Positions 7,661 to 16,740 of a DNA stretch of 20,000 nucleotides are shown in pieces. The notes beneath the pieces were generated by a model. The model was not told where the DNA came from. It saw only the letters and a program-made list of their open reading frames with translations, and searched no databases. The stretch spans positions 50,136-70,135 of the forward strand of contig JBGAIN010000026.1 in NCBI GenBank assembly GCA_044225505.1, read 5' to 3'. The DNA is from Limisphaerales bacterium. Its GTDB lineage: Bacteria; Verrucomicrobiota; Verrucomicrobiia; Limisphaerales; SIBE01. The stretch's first letter is position 1, and each line of letters starts with the position of its first letter. The position numbers and the translations under genes were made by a program.

Positions 7661-8893
7661 ATGAAACGCTCACGTCCTATCACCCGATCCATCGCAGGCG
7701 CCCTGACCGTACTCTCACTCTTCTCTGGAGTCGCGCTCCTGCAAGGTCAAGAAAGCCCCTCCACCAACCGACCGGCAGCGCGGGGTTTTTTTGGCCCGCA
7801 AGTCGTCTCGCCGGAGATATTGCCAGACCGAAGCGTCACCTTCCGCTTGTTAGCGACGAATGCGCCCAAAGCCCGTCTGATGCCTAGCGACATTCCAGGT
7901 CTGGGCCAAGGAAAAGACATGACCAAGGGGACTAACGGGATCTGGGAAGTCACGATTGGGCCGGTGGATCCCGGCGCTTACCGTTATACCTTCGACGTCG
8001 ACGGACTTACAGTCATTGACCCGCGCAATCCGTCGACCAGCGAATCGAACAACAACGCTTGGAGTTTGCTGTATGTGCCAGGCTCTGAATTCATGGACAC
8101 CCGGGACGTGCCTCATGGCGCGGTGTCTGCCGTGACCTATTATTCTCAGACTCTCAAACGGTTTCGTCGCATGCACGTCTACACCCCGCCAGGCTACGAG
8201 TCGGGCCAAGGCGAATATCCAGTATTTTACCTGCTCCATGGCGCTGGCGACTCGGACGATTCCTGGACCTCCGTCGGCCGTGCCAATTTCATTCTGGATA
8301 ATCTGATCGCAGCGCAGAAAGCCAAACCGATGCTTGTGGTCATGCCCGCGGGTCATACCCGTGCCTTCGGAATGGGTCGACGTAGCGGAACGTCCGACAG
8401 CAGCACGAACCGTCCCGCGGCCGATGAATTCACCCAAGAGTTTCTGACGGATCTCATGCCGTATATCGAGAGTCATTACCGCGTTTCGAAGGACCGGCAG
8501 CACCGAGCGATCGCCGGCCTCTCCATGGGAGGGAGCCAGACGTTGAATGTGGCCATCCCAAACCTGGACAAGTTCGGTTTTGTGGGTGTGTTCAGTTCCG
8601 GAGTCTTCGGTGCCTTTGGCCGCAATCGCGGAGCGGCTTCCAACAACGACAACGGCCCAAGTTGGGAAGAACGGAACCGTGAGGCGCTCGACAACGGCGA
8701 TGCCAAGAAAGGCCTGAAACTGCTCTGGTTCAGCACTGGAACCGACGATTTTGTCATCGAGACATCGCGGGGAACAGTCGCCCTTCTGAAGAAGCACGGA
8801 TTTGAACCGGTCTATCGGGAGTCTTCGGGCGGGCACACCTGGATCAATTGGCGAAATTACCTGAACGAGTTCGCGCCCCAACTCTTTCCATAA
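7661..8893 (+). CDS. Secreted esterase (CE1 / Fes / XynZ-like alpha/beta hydrolase) with an N-terminal Ig-like (CBM48/E-set-like) domain
   Basis: Signal peptide, then SPEILPDRSVTFRL..GIWEVT..YRYTFDVDG..DPRNP (N-domain), VYTPPGY, YPVFYLLHGAG, nucleophile AIAGLSMGG, GTDD and GGHTWINWR. Confidence 0.9.
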   Translation: MKRSRPITRSIAGALTVLSLFSGVALLQGQESPSTNRPAARGFFGPQVVSPEILPDRSVTFRLLATNAPKARLMPSDIPGLGQGKDMTKGTNGIWEVTIGPVDPGAYRYTFDVDGLTVIDPRNPSTSESNNNAWSLLYVPGSEFMDTRDVPHGAVSAVTYYSQTLKRFRRMHVYTPPGYESGQGEYPVFYLLHGAGDSDDSWTSVGRANFILDNLIAAQKAKPMLVVMPAGHTRAFGMGRRSGTSDSSTNRPAADEFTQEFLTDLMPYIESHYRVSKDRQHRAIAGLSMGGSQTLNVAIPNLDKFGFVGVFSSGVFGAFGRNRGAASNNDNGPSWEERNREALDNGDAKKGLKLLWFSTGTDDFVIETSRGTVALLKKHGFEPVYRESSGGHTWINWRNYLNEFAPQLFP

Positions 8894-8989
8894 TCGATAG
8901 CCCCGAGCCACGACGGCGAATCCAGTCCGGGAAAAGTCCCACCGAGAAAGCAGTGTTCCTTATCGCGTTGCGGGGGTAGTATCACTCTT

Positions 8990-11692
8990 GTGAACCCCCT
9001 GACCAAGCAGCAGACATCGAATCTCGCCAGACAAGAAACTGGCCCCAACTCGCTCCCGTTCAACTGGGGCGTCTTTGCGCTCGCCGGGGTTTTCGCATTG
9101 CACTGTTCCAGTGGGGAACTTTTGTCAACCACCACGGCGATCGTGCCGGATGCGCCCGTCAATTATGCGCGTCCTTTCGAACCCCCGATGCGTCCCGCAT
9201 TTATTGCACTGCCTCCGGGTGCGGTCGAACCGGCGGGCTGGCTGCGCGACTGGTGCTTGGCCGCGAAGGACGGTTTCACCGGCCACATGGATGAGTATGA
9301 CGCCGAATTCCAGCGGGCTTGGGCTGCCGATCATACGATGACTGGGGATCGTTTGAATTGGCCAAACGGCGGTTGGCCGTACGAAGGGGGCGGATACTGG
9401 TTCGACGGGCTGGTTCGCCTCGGCTACATCCTGCACGACGAAGCGCTCATCCGACAGGCCAAGCAGCGGCTCGACGTGGTCGTCACGCGCATGAAGCCGG
9501 AGAGCATCCTGTTTCTTTGGTGGCTCGACCGAAATAAAACCGAGGATCGAAACGGGAGCGTCGTCAGTGATGCGTGGCCGCTCTGGGCCAACGGACTGCT
9601 CGGCCGGGCCTTGTCCGGCTATTATCTGGCGTCGAGAGACCCGCGAGTTCTGCAAACGCTGGAGATGAGCTACAGCGGCGATCGCGACTGGTTACGGCAG
9701 GGATGGGCCATGTCCAATCCGTGGCCAGCTTTTGACACCTGGACCTGGACAGGAAACCGCGAGATTGGCGCATCCCTCACAGCTCTGTTCTCCAGTGATG
9801 GAGGTGGCAAAGCGCCGGGCGGAACATCTTGGAATCGTTACCGCACCATGCCAGTCCCGGAGCCTGGCGGCGAGAAGAGCGACCACGTGGTGCATTTTCT
9901 AGAAAGCACAACCCCTTGGGCGCTGGGCTACTTGTGGACCGGCAATCGCCAGTTCCTCGACACGACGCTAGCGTGGCACGACCTCCTTGAGCGTGACGCA
10001 ATGCAACCCTCGGGCGCCCCTGTTGCGGACGAGTTTTTTGGACCGACGGGCGCCTTTCGAGGGACAGAGACCTGCGACGTCGCGGCCTACCTGTGGAGTC
10101 AAATCACCTTACTGATGGTCAGCGGCCAGGGACGCCTGGGAGACCGGACCGAGCGAGCGTTCTTTAACGCCGGTCCAGCTACGGTGGCACGTGATTTCAA
10201 AACGCACGTCTATTTCCAATGCCCAAACCGCCTCGTGGATTATTCGCCGCCCCACCCTCACGGGCCACAAGCCGAAGGGAATTCCTACCAGCGAAAGCAT
10301 TTTCCACTGTGCTGCACCGCGGCGCTGAATCGAATCGTGCCGAACTATGTGATGCACCTTTGGATGGCAACCTACGACAACGGATTGGCCGCGACTCACT
10401 ACGGCCCTTCCCTCGTTTCCGCGAAGGTCGCGGACAATGTGCCGATCGAGATTCGCTGTCAGACGGACTACCCGTTCAACGAGAGCATCGAGATAAGCTT
10501 AAAACCTGCGCGCGCCGCCCATTTCCCATTGGCCTTCCGTATTCCAAGCTGGTGTCAACAGCCCTCGCTCACGGTCAATGGGACCACGTTCAACGCCATG
10601 CCCAATACCAATGGCTTTGTGCGGTTGGCCAGGGTCTGGCAGCCAGGGGACGTCGTTCACTTGCGCTTCCCGATGGTCCCGAAATTGGCTACCGGGCACG
10701 ATCGCAATGCGCAAGACGCCCCGTATGCCACGGTCTCCTACGGCCCCCTGCTCTTTGCTTTGCCCGTCCCGGAATCAACCAATGCCAACACTCCGGATGT
10801 CTCGGCAAAATGGAACTACGCCCTAGACGTGCAGAACCCCAGTTTTGCAGTGCAGCGAGGCACGATGCCCTCGACTTGGGATTGGCCATTGGCTGCACCG
10901 TTGAGGCTGCAAGCCAAGGCGGTCGAAATGGCCTGGAAGCCCGATCCCAAAGCGCCTCAGCTCCCAGTCCTGCCAGCCACCCGAACGCAGATCTCCACCA
11001 CCCTCACTCTGGTCCCATTTGGCTGCACTAAATTGCGAGTCTCCATGTTTCCAGTGACCGCCGGAACCGAGGTCAAATCGTCGCAAGTTCGCCGGATACT
11101 GTTCCTGGGAAACAGCATCACCTTGCATGGCCCCAAGCCGGACATCGGGTGGACGGGCAACTGGGGCATGGCAGCAAGTTCCGAAGCGAAGGACTACGTT
11201 CATCTCGTTGCGAGTGCTCTCGCGGAGCATACCGGCGCAACGCCGCAGATTCTAGTCAAGAACATCGCCGATTTTGAACGGAACTACGCGACCTACGACG
11301 TGACCGATCAGATAAACGAATACGTGGCTTTCGATCCGGACCTTGTGGTGCTCGCCATCGGCGAGAACGTCCCAGCTCTGGATTCGGACCAAGCCAAGGC
11401 GCAGTTCAAAACGGGCGTGCTGAACATCCTGCGCGCTGTCCTGGCCAGACGCCATCCGATGATCATCGTCCGCAGCAGCTTCTGGCCAGACGCTGACAAA
11501 GACGACATTCTGCGGCACGCATGTCAGGACGCGAATGCCATATTCGTGGATGCGGGTCCGCTGGGACGCGAATCGACCAACGCCGCCCGTTCAGAGAGGT
11601 CATTTGCCCACAGTGGTGTGGCGGCGCACCCCGGCGACCAAGGAATGAAAGCCCTCGCCGACGCGATCGTTCAAGCAGTCTTACAGCGGTAA
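8990..11692 (+). CDS. GH127/GH146-like beta-L-arabinofuranosidase domain fused to a C-terminal SGNH/GDSL hydrolase
   Basis: LPPGAVEPAGWL, WPYE..YWFDG, H-V-V-H, ADE, ETC, ERAFFNAGP, CCTAALNR, TDYPF, RIPSW, YGPLLFAL and LVPFGCTKLRVSMFP define the GH127-like part. ILFLGNSIT, AIGEN and HPGDQGM define the SGNH part. The exact start is uncertain. Confidence 0.85.
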   Translation: MNPLTKQQTSNLARQETGPNSLPFNWGVFALAGVFALHCSSGELLSTTTAIVPDAPVNYARPFEPPMRPAFIALPPGAVEPAGWLRDWCLAAKDGFTGHMDEYDAEFQRAWAADHTMTGDRLNWPNGGWPYEGGGYWFDGLVRLGYILHDEALIRQAKQRLDVVVTRMKPESILFLWWLDRNKTEDRNGSVVSDAWPLWANGLLGRALSGYYLASRDPRVLQTLEMSYSGDRDWLRQGWAMSNPWPAFDTWTWTGNREIGASLTALFSSDGGGKAPGGTSWNRYRTMPVPEPGGEKSDHVVHFLESTTPWALGYLWTGNRQFLDTTLAWHDLLERDAMQPSGAPVADEFFGPTGAFRGTETCDVAAYLWSQITLLMVSGQGRLGDRTERAFFNAGPATVARDFKTHVYFQCPNRLVDYSPPHPHGPQAEGNSYQRKHFPLCCTAALNRIVPNYVMHLWMATYDNGLAATHYGPSLVSAKVADNVPIEIRCQTDYPFNESIEISLKPARAAHFPLAFRIPSWCQQPSLTVNGTTFNAMPNTNGFVRLARVWQPGDVVHLRFPMVPKLATGHDRNAQDAPYATVSYGPLLFALPVPESTNANTPDVSAKWNYALDVQNPSFAVQRGTMPSTWDWPLAAPLRLQAKAVEMAWKPDPKAPQLPVLPATRTQISTTLTLVPFGCTKLRVSMFPVTAGTEVKSSQVRRILFLGNSITLHGPKPDIGWTGNWGMAASSEAKDYVHLVASALAEHTGATPQILVKNIADFERNYATYDVTDQINEYVAFDPDLVVLAIGENVPALDSDQAKAQFKTGVLNILRAVLARRHPMIIVRSSFWPDADKDDILRHACQDANAIFVDAGPLGRESTNAARSERSFAHSGVAAHPGDQGMKALADAIVQAVLQR

Positions 11693-11787
11693 GACCCAGC
11701 CGGATACCCAGGCGGAGGAGGATTTCTCGTGGCTAAACCGCCATCGACAAGGATCCATGTCGCATAAACCCGAAGGCCATTGTAGAA

Positions 11788-11814
11788 TGTCCTGAACCGG
11801 GCATCCCGTTCGTC
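11788..11814 (+). promoter_or_regulatory. Possible ECF sigma promoter (TGTCCT-N17-CGTC) upstream of the DoxX-like gene
   Basis: TGTCCT at 11788-11793 and CGTC at 11811-11814 (in the context CCCGTTCGTCGT). This resembles the TGTCGA/CG(A/T)C promoters I recall for ECF42-type sigma factors, with a 4/6 match at -35. Confidence 0.35.
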
Positions 11815-11868
11815 GTTATTGTGAAAAGAGAGTCGATCAACCATCAAGACCGCCCTGAAACCGCACGT

Positions 11869-12339
11869 ATGACCGAGATTCCAGTAATACCGAACGACAT
11901 GCCGCCGCGCCGACATAAGCCTGCCGCGCGTTACGCCATCGCGACTGTTCGAATCCTCTTGGGCCTGATGTTTCTTATTTTCGGTCTGAATGGTTTCCTG
12001 AATTTCATGCCCGCTCCGAAAGACATGCCGCCCGACATGATGACAGTGCTCGGAGCGCTGATGAAAGCAGGCTATATGTCAGTGGTCTCGGGCGTGGAGA
12101 TCATCGTTGCGGTAATGTTTTTGACGAACCGCTTCGTCCCGTTGGCGCTGACATTGCTCGCGCCCATCATCGTCGGGATCTTAACATTCCATGTCGCCAT
12201 GGCGCCGGCGACTATCGGTCCGGGTATCGTTGTTCTATTAATGGAACTTTTCCTCGCATGGGCCTATCGAGGCGCATTTAAGCCGATGCTCGCAGCCAAT
12301 GCCTCACCTGGCGCGAACTATCCCAGAAATGAGAATTAG
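11869..12339 (+). CDS. DoxX-like membrane protein
   Basis: RILLGLMFLIFGLNGFLNF, GY..V..VEI, NRFVPLALTLLAPIIVGILTFH and LAWAYR motifs; four hydrophobic segments. The start could be 11821, 11869 or 11899. Confidence 0.8.
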   Translation: MTEIPVIPNDMPPRRHKPAARYAIATVRILLGLMFLIFGLNGFLNFMPAPKDMPPDMMTVLGALMKAGYMSVVSGVEIIVAVMFLTNRFVPLALTLLAPIIVGILTFHVAMAPATIGPGIVVLLMELFLAWAYRGAFKPMLAANASPGANYPRNEN

Positions 12340-12484
12340 GCAGCTTCGCAACGGGGGCTCCAATCACGCCCTCGTCGTTGCGGCTTCACGACTCTGCCCC
12401 CAGGTGCCACACAGGCCGGCCATCATGGATTTCATCATGGAAAGCCAAGCCAGCGGGTTGATCTGGAGCCAGCTTGTCAGCATG

Positions 12485-12934
12485 CTATTTTGCCGACATC
12501 CGCTTCCAGATCACTAAGAACGCTTGGGAGCCTTCGGCGCTTTCAAAAGTCTTTGGACGCGGCAACCCGGGCATGACATAACAAATCCGCAGTTCCTTGC
12601 TATCCAATGAGTAAATCCCGCGGGCGAGTCGTCCTTTCAGATCGCCTTCCGTTCCGACCATATCAATCTCCTTGGGCGTCTTGGATTGATCGATCGTATA
12701 GGTGCTATCAAACAGCACGTCGATGCCTCGCTCCGTCTTGAATCGATCCTTGGTTAAAGTCAGTCGGAGCGCCTCCGTCGTCGTCGGGGGAAGAACTCGA
12801 CCGTTGACCGTCGCGGCCACGCATTGCCATATCCCTTCAAGCTGGCCAGCGCCATTCACGCCGTCGGTTGTTTCGGCAACGGCGCTTAAAACCGCGAGAT
12901 TTCCAAGTGCACAGACCAAGAGCATGATTTTCAT
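12485..12934 (-). CDS. TIGR03067 domain-containing secreted protein
   Basis: Signal peptide MKIMLLVCALGNLAVLSAVA, then LEGIWQCV..NG, YTIDQSKTPKEIDM, GIYSLDSKELRICY and RPKTFES..G. An alternative GTG start at 12982 overlaps the AraC stop. Confidence 0.85.
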   Translation of the reverse strand: MKIMLLVCALGNLAVLSAVAETTDGVNGAGQLEGIWQCVAATVNGRVLPPTTTEALRLTLTKDRFKTERGIDVLFDSTYTIDQSKTPKEIDMVGTEGDLKGRLARGIYSLDSKELRICYVMPGLPRPKTFESAEGSQAFLVIWKRMSAK

Positions 12935-12978
12935 GGCGCCTATCTTAGTCGGCATCCAGGAGGCGAGCTTCTCGAAAA

Positions 12979-13848
12979 TCACCTATTTGCCGGTTGGCTT
13001 TGGGATGGAGCCATTCCGTAATGTTTCCGATACAGCGTGCTGAAGGAACCAATACTCTCAAAACCAATCGCAAAACAGGTTTCGGTCACGGAACACGCCC
13101 CAGTCTCCAGCAAGCGTTTGCCTTCCTGTAACCTTCGTTCGGTTAGGAATTGGTGCGGCGTCATCCCGTAGGCTCGGCGAAAGCTTCGAAGCAAATGGTT
13201 GGGCGATAGACAAGCAACTTGCGCAACTTCCCTTAGCGTCAAGGACTCCGCAAACATTGCACTGATATAATCTCGAGCGCGAGAAACACGCCGATAGAGC
13301 TCAGCCCGTGTCGCCGCCCGTGCGCAACCCAAGCGCTCGCTTTCTGCCCAAGTTCGTGAATGAACCCGAAGAAGTCGTTCAGCGACGAAGTGAAGCTGCT
13401 CGATTAGCCAGTCGCGGTCGTGCCTTCGGTGATCTCGGCGAATCCGGAGCATCGCTGGCGAAAGGATGCGATCATGAGTGTAAGTCTTTTCAAAGAAACA
13501 GACCGGCGTCTGTGCACAGGGGTCGTCAAGCAAGGCTTGCCGGTTTCGCGAAAGCCCCCGATACACGTCCTCAACGAGGCCATGAGCAAAGAAGATGCAA
13601 AAAGACTCCACGGGGCGTCTCGCTTCGATGCTGATCTCGTAATTCTGCCCATGGTTTAAAACCAAGTAGCCGGTTTCATCCACCGCGCAGTGCCCCGAAT
13701 TGATGCGATAATGCGCATGCCCTCCAAAGAATGCTTTAATCGAAAGTTGCCCAGTTCCCTGCCAATGGTACGCACGTGCTTTTGCGTGCAGTATCCAGGA
13801 ATCGCCCATCAGGGCGGGATGGCGAACTCTGTTTGGCGCGGTTGCCAC
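12979..13848 (-). CDS. AraC family transcriptional regulator
   Basis: C-terminal double HTH: LTLREVAQVACLSPNHLLRSFRRAYGMTPHQFL..RRL..GKRLL..SVTETCFAIGFESIGSFSTLYRKHYGMAPS. The N-terminus is cupin-like. The start is uncertain. Confidence 0.93.
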   Translation of the reverse strand: MATAPNRVRHPALMGDSWILHAKARAYHWQGTGQLSIKAFFGGHAHYRINSGHCAVDETGYLVLNHGQNYEISIEARRPVESFCIFFAHGLVEDVYRGLSRNRQALLDDPCAQTPVCFFEKTYTHDRILSPAMLRIRRDHRRHDRDWLIEQLHFVAERLLRVHSRTWAESERLGCARAATRAELYRRVSRARDYISAMFAESLTLREVAQVACLSPNHLLRSFRRAYGMTPHQFLTERRLQEGKRLLETGACSVTETCFAIGFESIGSFSTLYRKHYGMAPSQSQPANR

Positions 13849-14205
13849 TCGTTGTCAGAAATAATGCCGCGGGAGCCGTGGGAAGGCAAGTGGCGCCTGG
13901 GAGTGAGGAAGGGGCAACGGGGTCGCGTCTACATGTTTGATTCTGCTGAATAAGTCTACAGTCGGTTGAACACACAAATCTTTAACGTTCCAGAATCGCT
14001 TATAGCCCGTTTTGATTTGCGGCGAGGCACTTTCGATTGGGATAGTTATTGTCGGTTTCCAGAAAACAGGGGGTTATTCAGCGGAACCAACTCTTTAGAC
14101 ACGACCGCATCGCCTTTTATCCCTAGAACCAGTGGAAAGTTTTAATTGACGCTGAAGCGCCGGTTAACGACGCTGTCCGAAGACAATTCCCGTCGCAAAA
14201 AGACC

Positions 14206-16740
14206 ATGAAAAACCCATTCCACGTTCTGTTGGCCGTCTCCTTGTACGCGGTGTGCGGCCAGGCCGGACCGCCGCCAGTCCAGTCTCCCTTCACAGGACA
14301 TTACCTGGGTTCGGTCTACGTCAGCCAGACTGGATCCGTCACGACTCCCGAAACGGATGTCGGCACCATTGACGTCGAAGTCTTCGCCAACGGCAGTTTT
14401 AGCGGAGCCAGCACGGTCCTGAGCGTCGCTGGCCAAGTTTCCGCCCAGGGAGAGATGACGTTCAACCCGAACTCGGCTGGGTTTACGACGGGGACGATTT
14501 CTAACAACACCCTAGCGGCGCAGGCCGACCAGCCCAATGGCAACGTCACGGTCCGCTGGCGACTGGCTGCGACCAAGGGCGGCGTCAGCTCCAATCTGAG
14601 AATCACCCAACAGCCCGCTTCGGCCCATACCACGAGCGGACAATCGGTGGCGCTATCGGTGGGTTACGAAGGTTCCGCGAGCAACTTTCAATGGTATCAG
14701 GGAAATAGCGGTGACACCTCCAGGCCGCTTAATGTCCCGAACAGTCACATCTTCAACTCCCCCGTCCTGACTCAGAGCACGAGCTACTGGGTGAGAATAA
14801 GTGACGGGGTCGTGACTCTCGATAGCCAAACCGCTGTGATCACGGTCACTCCGATTGACGGCAGGACCGCACCGGAAATCACTCGACAGCCCCAGAACGC
14901 AACCTTCGCCACGGGGCAAACTGCCTCTCTTACCGTCCAGGCGCAGGGAATTACTTTGAGCTATCAGTGGTACCTGGGGATCACTGGAGATACCTCTCGC
15001 CCGATCGCCCAGGCCACCGCTGCCAATTACCTCACGCCACCGCTCGAGGCGACGGTCAACCAGTATTGGGTGCGAGTGACTAGCGGTAACAAGAGCATCG
15101 ATAGTGATACAGCGGTCATCCAAGTGGTGCGTGCGACCCCGCTCAATGCCAAGTGGGAGGTGGTCGGCAAGACACGTTTCTTCTTTGTTCCACCCTCGAT
15201 CAATGAGGCGGGCCAGGTCACCTATCCGCTCCTTGGAACAGGGCTGGTCCTGGGCATTCCAGGAGCATCCGTTCAACGAAATCTCCAAACGTTTATCACC
15301 TCGGTCGGACAATCCTTCGGGCTGGACACGTCACCGGTTGTTACGGGTGATGATTCGAAAGTCGGATTGGCCCTGGAAAATGCACTCATCGCCGATTTTC
15401 CCGGTAATACCTCTATCATCGCGCAAAATGGCGGCCCAGCGCCTGGACTGGCCTCCGGCATCACTCTGGAGTTTCCCGCGGTCAATCCTCCGTTTGCCAT
15501 GAATCCATCAGGGATTTTTGTCTTGGCAAGCGGCCTGCGCGGCCCGGGAATTACGTCCGGAAACGCCGCCAATGATCAGGCAATCTTTCGTGGCCCGCCC
15601 GAAGACTTCAAAGCCATCGTTCGCGCCGGCGACGCCGCGCCGGATCTGCCAGCCGGTTATCTCTTTGGCGGCAAATTGGATGAGCCGTTCGCGGTGGCGA
15701 TTAGCCGCGATGGAACTACTGTCTTTCGCGGACGAGCCATCGAATCGCGGTCGCGTCAGTTCGCCCAGGGCCTTTGGCTGCATTCCCCGGCTCAGGGACT
15801 CAAGTTAGCGGTCAAGGCAATTCAACAAGGGCCTCTCAAAGGTGACACTGCGCCTGGGACGGGAGGTGCCGTTTTCCGCGAGTTGCTCTCGGCGCCGGTT
15901 GTGAATGACGACGGCACGATAGCGTTCGTGGCTTCGACGTTCAATTTTACGGGCCTACTCTCCGGCATTGGAATCTGGGCGGGGCCATCGAACGATCTTC
16001 AACCAGTTTTCATCGGCGGAGCGCCTGTCCCGGGAATGGCTGGATATCAATTTGACCAACCTTTGTTGGATCCTACCCTAAAACTGGGTAAAGGGCGGTT
16101 CATCTGCTTCCGCGCGACGATTTTAGGCCCCAATGTCACTGCCGCAAATAACATCGGTGTTTTTGCCGGCACCAGCCTGACCGATCTCCGATTGGTCGCT
16201 CGCACTGGAACTCGTCCCCCCGGGGCGCCGGAATCTATTCAGTTCGCTGATATCCAAGGCAACTCTCTGGTCGTGTTTGGCGACAATCGATTGGCGTTCA
16301 CAGCCGTCCTTTCTGGCACAGAACTAGGTGCCAACAACAATGGCATTTGGGCAACGGACGCCCTTGGCGATCTGCAACTGTTAGCTTTGTCTGGCGACCT
16401 CGTTCCGACCAGCGACGGCAACATCCAACTCGGCGGCGGGATCTTTCTCCAACACGGATCGGGCAGCGACGGCCGCCCAACGGGCGGCAATCGCAATGGG
16501 CAGATCACTTTCCTGGATGGGAGCATCGATGCGCATGCGTTTCGCGTGACTCTGGAGGAGACCGCCACCCTTCAATTCCACCGCGCGCCCAACGCCTTAG
16601 CCTTCACATGGCCCACCGGGTTTTCCCTGCAAACCAGTCGAACGCTTTCACCGCAGAGTTGGACCGATGAACCAGGAGAATCGCCGAAAACGGTTTCAAC
16701 CACGCAGAGCCAGTTGTTCTTCCGACTCATAAAACGCTGA
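14206..16740 (+). CDS. Secreted protein with two Ig-like domains, NxxGxxAF-type tandem repeats and a C-terminal sorting-like domain
   Basis: Signal peptide from ATG 14206. Two IT(Q/R)QP..(F/Y)QWY.G..GDTSRP..YWVR Ig-like repeats (~14596-15126). Repeats INEAGQVTY, MNPSGIFVL, ISRDGTTVF, VNDDGTIAF and NRNGQITF occur with G..APG / GIW elements. The protein ends in FTWPTGFSLQ..L.P.SW..LFFRL. Confidence 0.8.
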   Translation: MKNPFHVLLAVSLYAVCGQAGPPPVQSPFTGHYLGSVYVSQTGSVTTPETDVGTIDVEVFANGSFSGASTVLSVAGQVSAQGEMTFNPNSAGFTTGTISNNTLAAQADQPNGNVTVRWRLAATKGGVSSNLRITQQPASAHTTSGQSVALSVGYEGSASNFQWYQGNSGDTSRPLNVPNSHIFNSPVLTQSTSYWVRISDGVVTLDSQTAVITVTPIDGRTAPEITRQPQNATFATGQTASLTVQAQGITLSYQWYLGITGDTSRPIAQATAANYLTPPLEATVNQYWVRVTSGNKSIDSDTAVIQVVRATPLNAKWEVVGKTRFFFVPPSINEAGQVTYPLLGTGLVLGIPGASVQRNLQTFITSVGQSFGLDTSPVVTGDDSKVGLALENALIADFPGNTSIIAQNGGPAPGLASGITLEFPAVNPPFAMNPSGIFVLASGLRGPGITSGNAANDQAIFRGPPEDFKAIVRAGDAAPDLPAGYLFGGKLDEPFAVAISRDGTTVFRGRAIESRSRQFAQGLWLHSPAQGLKLAVKAIQQGPLKGDTAPGTGGAVFRELLSAPVVNDDGTIAFVASTFNFTGLLSGIGIWAGPSNDLQPVFIGGAPVPGMAGYQFDQPLLDPTLKLGKGRFICFRATILGPNVTAANNIGVFAGTSLTDLRLVARTGTRPPGAPESIQFADIQGNSLVVFGDNRLAFTAVLSGTELGANNNGIWATDALGDLQLLALSGDLVPTSDGNIQLGGGIFLQHGSGSDGRPTGGNRNGQITFLDGSIDAHAFRVTLEETATLQFHRAPNALAFTWPTGFSLQTSRTLSPQSWTDEPGESPKTVSTTQSQLFFRLIKR

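Noticed and set aside
7850..8911. 353-aa minus-strand ORF and other long antisense or alternate-frame ORFs (e.g. 5911..6498, 10219..11031, 14653..15312)
   Set aside because: They overlap well-supported genes, show no recognisable motifs, and are expected shadows in GC-rich DNA.
13925..14115. GTCTACA direct repeat and GGAACC..GCATC ECF-like promoter in the AraC/surface-protein spacer
   Set aside because: The matches are too short and the spacing atypical, so they cannot be told from chance.
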